Source: Glaucostegus cemiculus
Lineage: Eukaryota
Direction of reading: 5' to 3'
Assembly (NCBI GenBank): GCA_976551045.1
Contig: CDPCPM010000133.1
Location: 1,054,001-1,118,000 of the forward strand
DNA length: 64,000 bases
How positions within the stretch are numbered: position 1 is the first letter of the stretch; every line of letters starts with the position of its first letter. Positions 24,176 to 37,100 of this stretch are shown here, one piece after another. The position numbers and the translations under genes are program-made. Under the pieces are notes generated by a model. The model ran no database searches. It had not been told where the DNA came from and was given only the letters and a program-made list of their open reading frames with translations.

Positions 24176-24181
24176 AATAAA
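24176..24181 (+). terminator. Putative polyadenylation signal of the C1orf167-like gene
   Basis: AATAAA about 630 nt after the stop, followed by a GT-rich element (gtttgtgtggttgtctgttt). Confidence 0.55.
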
Positions 24182-25250
24182 TTTGATTAGATGCAGCAGC
24201 AAGTTTGTGTGGTTGTCTGTTTTATTATGACAATGGGGCTCTTGCTCTACACGACTGTGTGTATACAACAGTAAAACCATGAACAACTGTAGTGAATCTA
24301 TTAAACTGTCAGTTTAACATTTGAATGAATGTTAATTGTGGAAAAGCCTCTAGCTGGGTTTGTTATTTTTTTAACTCATCTCCCCATAATTCTTTAGATG
24401 TTATTATTTTGGCAACAGGCAGATATGACTAATCACTGGGCAATTTTGAATTGATTTCTATTTAAAAGAGAGAAGTTGGAGCCTTGTTCAGCAAGAGACT
24501 GATACTTGTAGAGATCCAGGGACAGACTGTTGGGTTAATATTGATACATGTTGTAGTGACTGTTTATCCCTACATCAACAAAAGATAAATGAAGTTATAG
24601 CTCCCCTCACTTGCAAACTGACTGCATGACTATTCCATTCCTGAACACAAAGCTGTCTTACCAAGTGATCCACTTAAGTTCTTGTTTCCATTTGTTGTCA
24701 AGCTTTTTGGAGGAAGTTGACCCATCAACACATGCAAAAAAAATTAACACATTTCATCTGGTTTAGTGCAAATGGCTGCATAAATTCAAACATTTTGATG
24801 CAATATTGAGCATAGAGTGGAAAGCAGAGGCAGAAAGTAACATGGCAGTCATTCTTCATCTAGTCCCACCCTTTAATAACATGGTTTAATTTTTTTTGGG
24901 GGGGTGGGAAATGTGCTGATCCCTTTGAAATTAAATCCACTGATTCTTTTTTAAAAAATGTACTGCTTTTTAAATTCCTGTGATATTACAGCCTTGTGCT
25001 TGGCATAGTTCTATAGTGGCAACAGCAATACTGGCCTTGAAATGGCTGTTTAAAATACAAGGAGTGTGTTGCTAAGTATGCTATGGAGGACACCACAAGC
25101 ATTTCACCTTCTGAGCTCAAATACAGAGACAAACAAGTAGGTTCACAAATACACTTTGCAAAGGGGCTCACCAGATAATAATTAAAAGCTGAAATCCCAA
25201 CTAGCTTTTGTACTTCTTCCTCAATCATTATTTTTATTCTGCATAAGATC

Positions 25251-25454
25251 ACACAAGACAAGGGAGCAGAAGGAGTCTGCTCCAAAGGGAAGGGAGGGTG
25301 GGGACAAAGGGGGGAAAAAGAAGATGAAAAAAACTTATTCTAACTCCAAATTCCAACCTTATCTCCATATCCCTTGATACCTTGACCAATTAGATATCCA
25401 TCTCCTTCTTGAATATCTCCAGTGATCTGGCCTCCACTCCTTTCTGTGGCAAGG
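25251..25454 (-). mobile_element. CR1 3' end, same subfamily as 40768-40992
   Basis: Shared cacaagacaagggagcagaag...ctccaaagggaaggg...tatcccttgataccttgac...gatctggcctccact...tgtggcaagga. Confidence 0.85.
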
Positions 25455-25859
25455 ATTAATCAGGGTTTCTCAGCACAACTCAAGAATCACTTTACAATTA
25501 AAGCTATAGTTAAAGATTGTCCCAGTCTGGGAAATGTGTTTAAGTACCAAGAGTTCTGTTTATTCTAATCAGAAGTATGTTTGAGACAGTTCTGTTATGT
25601 GGTGGTGCTTGGGTATAATGGAATGGTTTGTCTTGGTGGTGGGATAATCTCAGATCTGTATCAAAAGCTTTCCACATGAGTATAGCAATAAATTGAACTT
25701 TCATATCGATCAATAGCTTATCCTTCCATCCATGAATGAACACAAAGCTTAAAGAAATGTACAAAAGTGGTACATACAAACTGAAAGAAGTTAAAAAAAA
25801 AATTTTGTTTACGAAGCACCTTTCTTGACCTGAGTTCAAAAAAAACTTTTGAAGTAGAG

Positions 25860-26040
25860 CTGCAATCCTTAGGTGGTAAGTTAGGCAGATAATGTGCGTA
25901 CTGTGATTTTCCATAAGTGACAATTGAGCTAATGACCTGATGGTGTTTAGTGCGGTTAGTTGAGGGGCAGAAAACTTGGGAGAATTTTAAAATAGTGCCA
26001 TTGGGATCTTTAACGTACACTCAACAGGGTAAGTGGGACC
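25860..26040 (-). mobile_element. Degenerate Deu-domain SINE
   Basis: aaaatagtgccattgggatctttaacgtacact resembles the reverse complement of the Deu core. Confidence 0.55.
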
Positions 26041-28595
26041 TTGTCCAAAAACGACGAGTGTACAACAGGTAAGCCAGTTTCCACAGAAGAAAAAAAAACA
26101 GCATTTACAAAAAAAGTTTTGAAACATGAACTTGTCCTTTTCGCTTGGCTATTGCTGAATGTGTTCTCAATGCTTCCAGCATTTTGTGTTTTGAAGTCTT
26201 GGTAAGATTGTAGTGCACATCTTTTGCTGGCAGCAGAAGTCTTTCTGTTGAATATAGAATGAGCTAATTATGCTGTAGGACAGGTTATACTATAGCTGGT
26301 GTTGCTGGAATTCATTCCTGATGCAGCTCAGACATTAGTTACCCAAGGCATCAATTCTGTTTGTGAACTCATTGCACTCACTAAGCTCATTTCTTGGATC
26401 ATATACTGACTGCTCCCCCTACCAATCAGATGAAAACATTGGTTTCTACAGCAACAGAGTGCTTTTCTCTCACTCAATCTGCAGCAGAATGTCTGAGAAC
26501 TTGAATATTTGAAGGAGAGAAAAGAGAATAATGAACCGTGCAGTGAAAATATGGAGAGGGTAGAGCGGGTGATAGCTGCACTTCAGGCAGCAGCACCTTA
26601 ATTAATAGCTTATTCACATTCATAAGTGAGCAATGTTACATAGCATCTCACCAAAGTCCAATAGCTCACCTCTGAGCACATCATGAGCTGCAAGATCAAA
26701 GCATTGAGAAGAGCGTAAATTATACTTTGAATGGTGTTATGCTCAGAATGCAAGAGCGAGATGAATATTAATTGCAGATTCACAAATTTGATCTGTACCA
26801 CACTGGACCTGGTTTCAGCAGTGACCCTACATCGCTACCAAACCCCACATTAGGTATGCCAGAGGAATAGGGACCAAAATATTGTTGCATGGACTATCAT
26901 CTGCTGAAACACAACTTGTGTAAAATGTATGACACCAGTAAAATTAGTAGGGCAATTTCACCAGTTAGGGATAACAAAATGTTTTAGCATTTTAAAGCCA
27001 TCCTTGAGGGAAAAAAGAGTGTTTGCTTGTCCCTGTAGTTAAAAGAACATAAAATTAGATCTGTATTAAAACATTAGACTAAACCAGAGACTATATTTTA
27101 GGTTTAAGGAAAATAATTCTTGGGAGCATAGACTGGCAACAAATGAAACCTGGTCCCAGCAATCAACTGATGCTGGAGAACAGGATCTTGAATTAGGATG
27201 CCTAAGGAGTAAAAGATCCCTCAGAGCAAATTCAGGTGGCATATATATTGGAGAGAATTGTGTGGACGTGGCAGCAAGTGAAGAACAGATTGCATTTCTG
27301 TAGAAAGAGCATCATAAATGATAGTAACTCGGTATGGGTAATTATTCACTAATGGGGTTTCTCCAGGGATCGGCTGGGTCTGATAATCTTTATCATTGAT
27401 CAGATAGATGGAAGATATTGGGAGAATGGCCCAAAAGGTGTGACTGACACAGATTTGTGTTATAGTGACTCCTGGATTACAGCTGGGTTTTGATATTGGT
27501 GGGGGTGGAAGGAAAGAAAGTCATAATCTGACAGGCGTCTTTAAGGATGGATTGGGGACCTCTGAGTCTGTGCATGCCACACAAAGGTGGGTGCTCAAAC
27601 CTGCATTATTTTAGTTATCTAAAGTCTATGAGGCACAGGGCCAACTAAATAATAAACATTCTCCAACCACATGCCTCACCCTCAATGTATTTAAAAGACA
27701 TCAGCCAGATATGATCCTCTTTCCCCACGCCCCTCTTATCAAGAGTATAGCTCAATTAGCTCTGAAGCCAAGCTGCCCAGAATATTGGGTGACCTCACAT
27801 GGTGGTGATATACAGGCCCTGCCAAAGGAACCAACAAATTCATTTGATTAATTCCTAGTTTAAAGGCCCTCAGTTACCAAGATGCACAAAGCGGGGACTG
27901 TTTACCTGGAAAATTTTCAAGGAGATTTGAGGTCTTTAAAATATCAGAGTTAGACTGGATCAAAGTAGACAGGCCATTAAACTTCACAAGCATAGAACTA
28001 ATGGTGTATAGGAAATTGCTGCCTCTCAGTGACTGGATTTGCCACACAGTTACAGAACTGTAAGCTGTCCTGAGATTCATGGGATGTGTCCAGGTGCTCG
28101 ATCACCTTCAGTGGTCAAAGAGAAATCAAGAAGTTTCCCTAAATTAGCCCAAAGTTTTTTTTCTCGCCTTTTTTGGGTTGGGTGATGGTGATAATTAACA
28201 GTAATTCTCATTCAGTGTTAATATGGGCAAATAACCTCTCTCAAACTGCTCCAAAATAAGTTTGCTCAAGTTGTCTGTAAAACCAAAGTTAGGGAATTCC
28301 CATAAATCTCTCTGAATGGGTGTGGACTGTCTGTGCAAGTTACTATACTCATTGGACCAGTCAGTCTTTCCTTTGCACTTATCCCACATACTCCTGCAGC
28401 CTGAGCCCTTTCAGATGTTATGGGTCTCCCTCTCCCCCTCCCCATGCTACTGGAAAAAAAGTCAGCAATTTAAACGAAAACAATATTTTAAAAATCAATA
28501 AAAGAGACTTTAAAGTCAGTGTATTATTACAGATACTTCTTTTCAGAGATTTGACAGATTCTGCCAAATTTTTCATACAAAGCAATGGGTTGTAG

Positions 28596-28630
28596 TGCAC
28601 TGCATCTGCCTTGCACTGCATCTGCCTTGC
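28596..28630. repeat. 16-bp tandem repeat (about 2.2 copies)
   Basis: tgcactgcatctgcct x2 + tgc. Confidence 0.85.
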
Positions 28631-28889
28631 TGTCATCCCACACTAGCCCTACAAGCTCACTTAGCCTCGACAGTGACAGTTCCCAGTAATGTTGAGGACT
28701 TCCCAAGGTGTCCCTCCCACAAGAGGCCACAGGCAATGCAAACTAAGGACTTATCTAAGTACCACAAAGCTTATGCTGCTAGGAGGTTTTTCAATTTCCA
28801 AATATTTCAAAAAAAATCAAAGATACTCAAATAGTTAAATTTAATAAGTGGATTTAAATGCAAGTAGCTGACATAATTAAAAAACTTAT

Positions 28890-29400
28890 TTTCACTTACC
28901 TTTTTACATTGATTCAGTCACTGCCTGCTGCAGACCCAGAATGGCAAATATGTTCTTTAGGACTCTGCTTGTTTGAGCAGTGATGGTGCTACCAAGCACC
29001 TCTTGGTGGTGAACACTGAAGTACCCAATCCAGAGTACGTGCTGTATCTTTGCTTTTTCCACGTGTAGTGTAATATGGAGAAGCACTTCATTAGCTGAGA
29101 GTTGGTGGTAATCAAGTTTTCTTGCCCATGTTTGACCTAATGCCATGAGACTTAAGAGTTAGTGTCAATACTGAGGATGTCCAGGGCTACTTCCTCCAAC
29201 CTGAACACCACAACTGCCACACCTGTTGGGTCCATCTGGTCAGTGGGACAGGACTTACTCAGGGATTGTGGCTCAGGAGTCTGGCACATTGTCAGCAAGG
29301 TACATTTCTAGGAGTATACCTATAATCAGGCCGTATCTGGATTAGTACATACTAATCAGTAAACAGTATCCAAATTTTAGACATCACAGATATTTGTGAG
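28890..29400 (-). mobile_element. Degenerate LINE endonuclease-region fragment (CR1/L2 group)
   Basis: ORF 28904..29146 VLWIGYFSVHHQEVLGSTIT...RVLKNI..ILGLQQAV resembles a decayed GDFNVH APE motif. Confidence 0.55.
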
Positions 29401-30966
29401 TTGAACTTTGCAAGGTTGACTGCATTGAGAAAACTTTGCCATGTCTGAATTCAATGCCTCAGTCAATGCCAGTCCTATGTTCAGTTTTCTTCCTCAATCA
29501 TTAAAGTGTTTTGCCACCAACGCAATTTATTTGAAGTCTCTGTTCAAATTCACAGAAATACAGCACCAATTTATACATTCAAGCTCCCATAACAGCACTT
29601 TGATAAAAACATGACTTTATATCCTTCTCTAATGACTTCAACACAGAGCTCTGAATTGGTACTCCACTGCCAGTAGTTTGAAGAAGCTGTCTGCACCCTC
29701 AAGACAAACATAAAAGAATCTCGTGAAACTATCTGGAAGAACAATTGGGAGTTATTCCTGGAGTCCTGATCAATGTAATTATTCAAATTCCCAAGTGCAA
29801 CTCAGATTATTCCCCTAGACCCTACATGTGGGAGGTGCTGGAATCTATGAAGAGAAACATTTTACATTACACAACTTTACAGTTATACTTATGCTGAGAC
29901 CCCACACTGTCACTGATTCCTAGTTATAGAAATATACTGCATCTCAACAGCCAGCAATGTTGCTTTACCACAACAGTATTAGCTAACTTAAGACAGCTTA
30001 AGACTAAGCTATGCTTCTAAACTAAGCTAAACCAGGGGTATGTGTTATTTTAATACCTGGATATATCAAGACACGTTCATAACACATTGCAAGAAAAGCA
30101 TTTTTATTGCCTTTTTGATATTTGCTGATCAAAAATGGGAAGAGATGAGAATTGTTCAAGAAGTGAATAGCTGGTGGCAGGTGCTGTCTTGGAGAACATC
30201 CAAATTGCAAGCTGTTGGTTCTGTCAGTTAGACTTGTAAAAGGTTTTGCTCCTCACACTTCCCCTGCCCTCGCTCTGACCTCACCACTGAACTTCGCAAT
30301 ATGGGTTTATAGTGAGACAATAGTATTGGCTCACGGTCATTATTGAATGGAAGGGGCCCAGGTAGTGTTGATCATTACCAGGGACACCTGCCTCTACTGC
30401 TGACATGTACATTATGTCCCTTTCTCTTGGAGTGACATTTCTCAGTTATTACACACCTAGGGCTTGTTGCACTGTGTATGAAGTGGGAAAGGGAGGTAAA
30501 CAAGCGACAAAAATTGCCTGCTCTTATTAGACTAGAGAATACGGAATGATACGACTGGATTTTTGGCAAAATCAGTCAGGCTTCAGGTGAGATTTACTAA
30601 CTCTTGCTGAGTACTCGCCAGTACCTCCAAATGTAAAATTGTCATTTGGAATATTAACAGTTGGAACATTTGAGCTCAGCCCCCCTAGAACAATGGAGAT
30701 ACGGAGACATAATCAGCAGATAATCTCCCAAAAACAGACTTCACCAGAACTAAGATCTTGTACAAATACTGCAAATAGTGCAAAGCAACAAGAATCACTG
30801 CAAACACAGCATCAAACATCATCACAAGTCCATTCTTGTTCAGTTAAGGAATCTCCTGGTTTGCACACAGAAGGCTGAGATAAGGTATTCCTCCCACATC
30901 AGGCCCAGCAGTCATCAGAATTTAAGGTCCATTTTACAACTGCAAGTTGTCTTGGACATTGAGATC

Positions 30967-31197
30967 TCATGGCTCCACTGGCAAGTCACAAGCTGGAGAA
31001 CTAGGAGTCTTTTCTGATGCCTTTAACTTAAATACATCATCAATAACCTGCCAGAGACAGTTCTCAAGTGGAAACTCATTATCCACAAGATTGACTAGGT
31101 AATATTGATCATGAATATCTTGAATTATCTGTTGAGAGCGAGAGCCAGTTGGATACAGTTTCCCCCATTGCTCAATCCATAGGGCAAAGGCTTCATC
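30967..31197 (-). CDS. MTHFR: MTHFR last coding exon
   Basis: [15 protein letters not shown]...[11 protein letters not shown]...VEP*. Confidence 0.97.
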   Translation of the reverse strand, partial: DEAFALWIEQWGKLYPTGSRSQQIIQDIHDQYYLVNLVDNEFPLENCLWQVIDDVFKLKASEKTPSSPACDLPVEP

Positions 31198-34100
31198 CTG
31201 AGAACAAATCACAGTGTTATCAAGTCTGCCAACTGCTTTCTTCTCACCGCCTCACAAACATGAACGTTTCCTTTCTCTACACTCCAAAAGTATTCTCTCT
31301 TTTTTATGCCAGCTAAAGCAACTTGTGGACCAGGATATCAGTGGAAATGTTGGAAAAAAATTATTGGTTATTCTAATGGAAAGGGGATGTGCCATATTTC
31401 TGTCTTGTTAACCACTCAAAATAACAGACGAATCCCAGAGCAATGCTTTGGGAGCTGTTACACATAGATACCTAACTGAGGCACTGAGGCCAATTGCAAC
31501 AAAAAAGACATGGAATTTATTTATTGCCACTTCTTTACAAAGCAAACCAGGTGTTCTTTTAAATCCTTAAATAAGGTTTGATTCTTATTACCTTCCAGTA
31601 CATGAAGCTGATGGGATCAACCACTGTGGGCTGAATTATCTCACGTCCTGGAAAGATACCCCACGTCACCGCAATTGGCTGCATGTCAAAAGCATTATTT
31701 ATATTCTCACCCTGCAAAAAGGTTACAAATGGGCCAAGGTTAGTTTATGAAGCAGAGAGAACACAGCTGTAGTCCTTACTAGCCAGGTTAGGTTGTACAA
31801 CAACAATACTACATCTGAGCAAGTCTGAAAATCAACACATCAGTGTTCTATAAAGTGAGTTGTTATCAATTTACTTTCCTTGGTGTTCACGTACACTGCA
31901 AACATCAATGTGACACAATTTGCTGTTCCTCCATTACTAGATTCAATTCAGGCTGGTTTGTTGGTCTCAGTGAAAGTTCCTTTAGACCAAAGGAGCTGTC
32001 AGTCTTATACCGGTTGAGTGCCACTATTATCACTGATGATGATATGAGTGGGAGACGAGTTATGTTACCCTGCAGCCACTCTATTAATGTAAAACAAAGG
32101 AACAAACTTTTCACCCCGATTTCTAGCACCTTTTCTTACAGAACAGGTGAAATTTGATCACTGCTTTTAATCCAGGATTTGTGATCCAATCTGTGATCTG
32201 CTATCCCTTACCTTCACATTTACAATCTGGTAGTTTACACGCATTTCATACTTCTTCAGAACTTTGAGTAGAGTAGATATATTTTCAGAAGAGGTGAAAA
32301 ACTCGAGATAAGCCTAAAATAGAACAAGCAAGATTCAGGCAAAGTATGACAAGATTCCTTCACTCATGGTCTATCTTCACATGGCTGAGTTTCTCAGTCA
32401 AGGATTTCTGAACCCCAAAATGATCTCTTTATTCTCAGAGTATTCTTGTTATCTTACCTTCTGAAATACATAGCCCCCCTCAGGTCCCCAGCCCACAATG
32501 GGGTGAGTTGAAGGCTTTGCATTAATGTTGGGCTGGGAGTTTATGGTGAGAATTCCCATATGGTTCACCTTCTCCAGTTCATCCTTCATCAGGGATGTTT
32601 CTGGTGCCAGGGTATCGTCATTCCAGGGCAAACAGGCTACCTGAGAATATGCAAACCAGAAGTACTGAGCTTTATTTGTGTTCAAGAATTGGGCTGGCTT
32701 GGCTGTTCAAACCCTTGAGCCCTGGTCTCCAAGTGAGATAACTGCCAGGTTTAAAGTGGCTTACTTCTGTTGGATACATGTTAACTAGCACTATATGTGA
32801 ATTCTGAGCTGCCACATGTTAATGGGAGACACAAGGTATTAAGAGATGGGAAGAATGAGTGAGAGTAACCACATCTGTGGAAGTAACTAGGGGGCATGGC
32901 TACTGCTCTTTTTTGACAGACAATCAATGGAGAAAAAAAACTTGCCTTTGGGTCCCAACATCCAAGCTCTTGTACATTAGAATTTGTTGTTATGTAAACT
33001 CAAGTTCAAGTCAAGTTCTCTGAACCACTGACCTAAAAATTCTCTTATCCTGAATTTCTCCAATGCTTGGTGACAAAACATATCTTTAACTCAGATATTT
33101 GTAAGTTAATTCCATTAGATGTTTTTTGGATATAACTTGAAGAACAGACAAGACCAAACACCTGGTATATTGAGGAATCATAATACAGAAAGTTTATTAC
33201 TGTTGTAAATGTTGCTCATGTCCTCTGTGGGGAACGAAATAGTCCTTATACCAGAATAACAAATAACGCTAGTTAAATTTCCAAGATGTATTGTACAGAA
33301 AAACAGTAACTGTCTGAACTATCTACTAATTCTCAAATAAGACACAGGAGTTACAGAAATCAAGGCCTGCACTGGAGGTCATGATGTTCATCAACTCCAT
33401 ATATATTTGCAATCAGTGAACTTATTTTTGATATATATGTTCTTTCACAGGATGCAGGTGCTGCTGACGAAGCCAGCATCTAAAGCCCTGCCCTAATTGT
33501 TCTTGAACTAAAAGGCTAGCTGAGACATTTCAGAGGATGTTAAGAAAAGCTAAGAAAATGGGGATAGAGTCATACATAGGACAGAACAGGTAAAGGCATA
33601 AGACTTCCTCTCCTGAAAGACATTTACTGACGGTTTTAACTAAACTCACTTAGATACCAGTACATTTACAGATACTAGATTGTAAAAATACAGATTTAAT
33701 TATCTGAATTTAACGATTTGGACTCAAGTCTCTGGATCATTCCCCCAGGAATCTGTATTATTAAACGGTAATAGCAACCATTTTGTTACCTTTACAAATA
33801 TAACCCAGAAAAATGTGAAGCCTCACTTTCCTGCATGTACAACTTAACTTGATATAAGTATAGCTAAATACTTGGTGGTGCAAATTAGAAACGACCATCA
33901 AGTGATACATTTTGTTTAAAATGCTATGTTTTCATAAACTGCTATGGGATTTGTAATTTAGCTCTTCTTAAGAACTAGACACAAAATAGTTATTTTATAA
34001 ATCTTTTGGTTTGTTTTTATTAGGTCACAATTTGTTTTATTACCTTTATCCCATTGTTGTTGGGCTTCCCACTAATATATGCTGTGAAGACGTCAAATAT

Positions 34101-37100
34101 ACTTTTTTCATCTACCAATTCTTCTCCCCACATCTTCAGCAACTCCTCCTTGGGACACTTATTCTTCAGATAGAAAAGGTAGTAATCATTCAACTCACCA
34201 AATGCAGGAGATGAGGAGTTCCCCCTGAAATAGCAAATACAATAAAAACCACACTGCATCAAAACTAAGCAACTTATTTCAGGCAAAGCCACCAATATAG
34301 CATTGATTATATCAGTAAACATCTTTTGTACAATTGTTTGCTCAGGAAATTAAGTTCTCTCGTATTGTTGTTGGGGCTATTCAATAAACTAATATCAATG
34401 AGAGAGATCCATATTTTAGTCCATATTTATCCTCTCAAAATTAAAATGAAAGACATAACCACCAGCATTTCAGCCTGGCATTCCATCTCATAATGCTCTA
34501 TCCTTACACAACCCAAACCTGGAAGGACTGAATTGAGAATTGTGTTCCTTGGTGCTTTTCTGCATCAGTTCACTTAAATACAGTGGGAAAGTTCCACATG
34601 CACCGCTACAAAATCCAAGACTGACATCAGGCTAAATATTTACAAGTGTGAATTTACTAGTGTGACAAGCATTTTCCTATTGCACTTTAACACAATAAAC
34701 AGCAGTAATGATTTATGATTATACCATCTTCCATTTGGGAATTCATCCCAATCCTGGGTTCTGTAGATGTAACTCTTCTGTCTTGAAGCCCAAAATATTG
34801 GGCGGACATCCTCAACCCTTCGCTTTGGATTGGCACTAATGGTCCATGGCAGCGCTCGCCTGGGAGAGCAGAGAGCTGATGATTAGGTTTTCACACAAGC
34901 TTGGAAATATCTAAGTAGTTAATTCCTGGGATCGTCAGAGCACAATTACAATACCACCATGGTAAGGCAATAACTTATTTACTGAGAAAATAAACACTGG
35001 TGTCCTTTATCAGTAATGCAAGTTAATCAGTAAACCAGAGAAGGCAGTTACTTTTAGAATTTAAATAATATTTTGCAAAAATGTGTAGTTGGCCCATTAA
35101 GATTTCTGCTCGCCCGAGCTCCATGAATTGTAGAAATCATGTACATTGTTAGATTTTTTGCTTAAGCCTACCTAGGATCCTCAGTCCACAGTCCGAGTCG
35201 TTTCAGGATCTCGATGGTTGCCACCTCTCGGTTCAGGGTGTAGAAGTGGAGCCCCGGCACCAACCCCGATTTCAGTAGAACCTTGCACATGTCAGTGGCC
35301 AAGTCAATACCATAATTTCTAATAGCATCATCATTATCCTTGATTGAGTCAATGACGTCTTTGATTTCTTGAGGAACCTGCAGCTTGGAGAGTTTGACCA
35401 GCTGTCGCAATGAGTGATGACTCTGTCACAAGGTAGGAGAAAAATGAGATTAACACAGGAATTGCACCAGCAAACAGACTGAGAAAGTGTTCTCCTGCTA
35501 GGGCAAATTGGGTGACATTATTGCTTTTGTGTATAACTGAGAACGGAAGGCATATCACCAGAGTTTAGGAAGCACACCTGGAAACAAGCTTGTCCTAGGA
35601 CCTCTATTCACACGTACCTGAATGGGAAATATTCCTGGCAAAATGGGGCAAGTAATTCCAATTGCACGACAGTCCTTATAAAATCTCAGGAAGGTCTCAG
35701 GTTTGAAGAATAGTTGGGTGATGATAAAGTCTGAACCAGCATCTACCTTTGCTTTCAGGTGGCTAAGATCCTTCTCATAACTGCCACATTCAGGGTGCCC
35801 AGTTGGATAACCTGCAAGGAAACAAAATTTAAATCAGCATCTTGCCTCAAACAAGACAGAGTGAGATCTGATGAAACTGGGTTCACAGACCTTAGCTTAC
35901 CAGCAACACAGATGTCAAAATAATCATTAAATTCACAGCGAATGTGCTTGACTAAGTCAATAGCATAATTAAATCCTCCTTCTTCAGTCTTCCACTCATC
36001 ACCGAGGGGATCTAAAGCATGAAACACAACGGAAGCTGTTACTGGCTCCTACCTTCCATAAACCTTGAACTCTGGGTTCTCATTCCTACCTCCCCATTCC
36101 CAACATGTTTGCCTAATATGGAAAATAAAATATAGACTATCACATTTAAATTATTTAATACAGGACTAATTGGTTGACAATGAATAATAGATTCTCCCTC
36201 ATCTCCTCAGCAAACTGCATTTTACTGCGATGCTATTACTTACAGGAAACTGGTAAATATTTCACAACAACTGGGTCTGTGGTTTCCCTTCTTCTCCCCA
36301 GTATTATTCGCCCAGCAAGTCCAATAGGAAAATAACTTCAGTTTTATTCCATTGTATTTCCTCACAGATCCAGGAATATGACCCATGAGAAGACAATATC
36401 TGGATAATGCCACAGAAAAGGGCCACAGAAAATGCCACAGAAAATGCTCAATAACCTATTGACCTCTTCCTACGAGCCAGAGATCTTTTGCTCATTATCT
36501 TTGCTATACACATGGAGATTAGAATTAATCCAGGCAACAGAAGACAGGCTGGATTCACCGATATATGTCGAGCTTGGAGATGGGAAACCAGAAGACTCTC
36601 TTGCTGCGGGTGTGGGAAGTGGGGTGGTGACAGGGGAGGGAAATGAGTTATGGAAGAGGTTAAAAACAAAACAAAACACAACTCAGCATCTTACCCCCAC
36701 GAAGTGCGAGTATGTTCTTCAACCCAAGGCTACGAGCTTTCTGCAGGTGCTGTGTAATCTGATCCTTGGTTTGGTTACAGCAGGTTAGGTGCAGCAATGT
36801 CTCCAGGCCACAGTAATTTACTGCTGTGCTGGCAATGGTCATGGAAGAAGTCTCTTTGTCACCACCTGGGTCCCCAGCAGGATGCCAGGTGACATCTATG
36901 AAGAGCGGCCCACCAACAGCCATATGGTCAAACCTAATCAAACAAAGGTCACGGTCCACAAGTCACAACACAACGCCAATCACAAGATCCCAACTACAGC
37001 TCACCCAATGGTTCAGGAAGTTTATCCAGGGAGCTGGGCAAATCAGGAGAATGATTAGCCAGTGCAGGTAACCTGACCTAAACCAAGGTGAGGGTAGAAA

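Noticed and set aside
30040-30231. Plus-strand ORF with WWQVLSWRT resembling a Trp repeat or sequence near the MTHFR stop
   Set aside because: Lies beyond the C1orf167-like stop and poly(A) signal, has no convincing splice sites, and the similarity is too short
36407-36447. Short gccacagaaaa tandem (3 copies)
   Set aside because: Ordinary intronic micro-duplication with no evident function
36432-36788. Overlapping ORFs on both strands around an MTHFR exon/intron boundary
   Set aside because: Antisense shadow and intronic frames with no recognisable domain or start context
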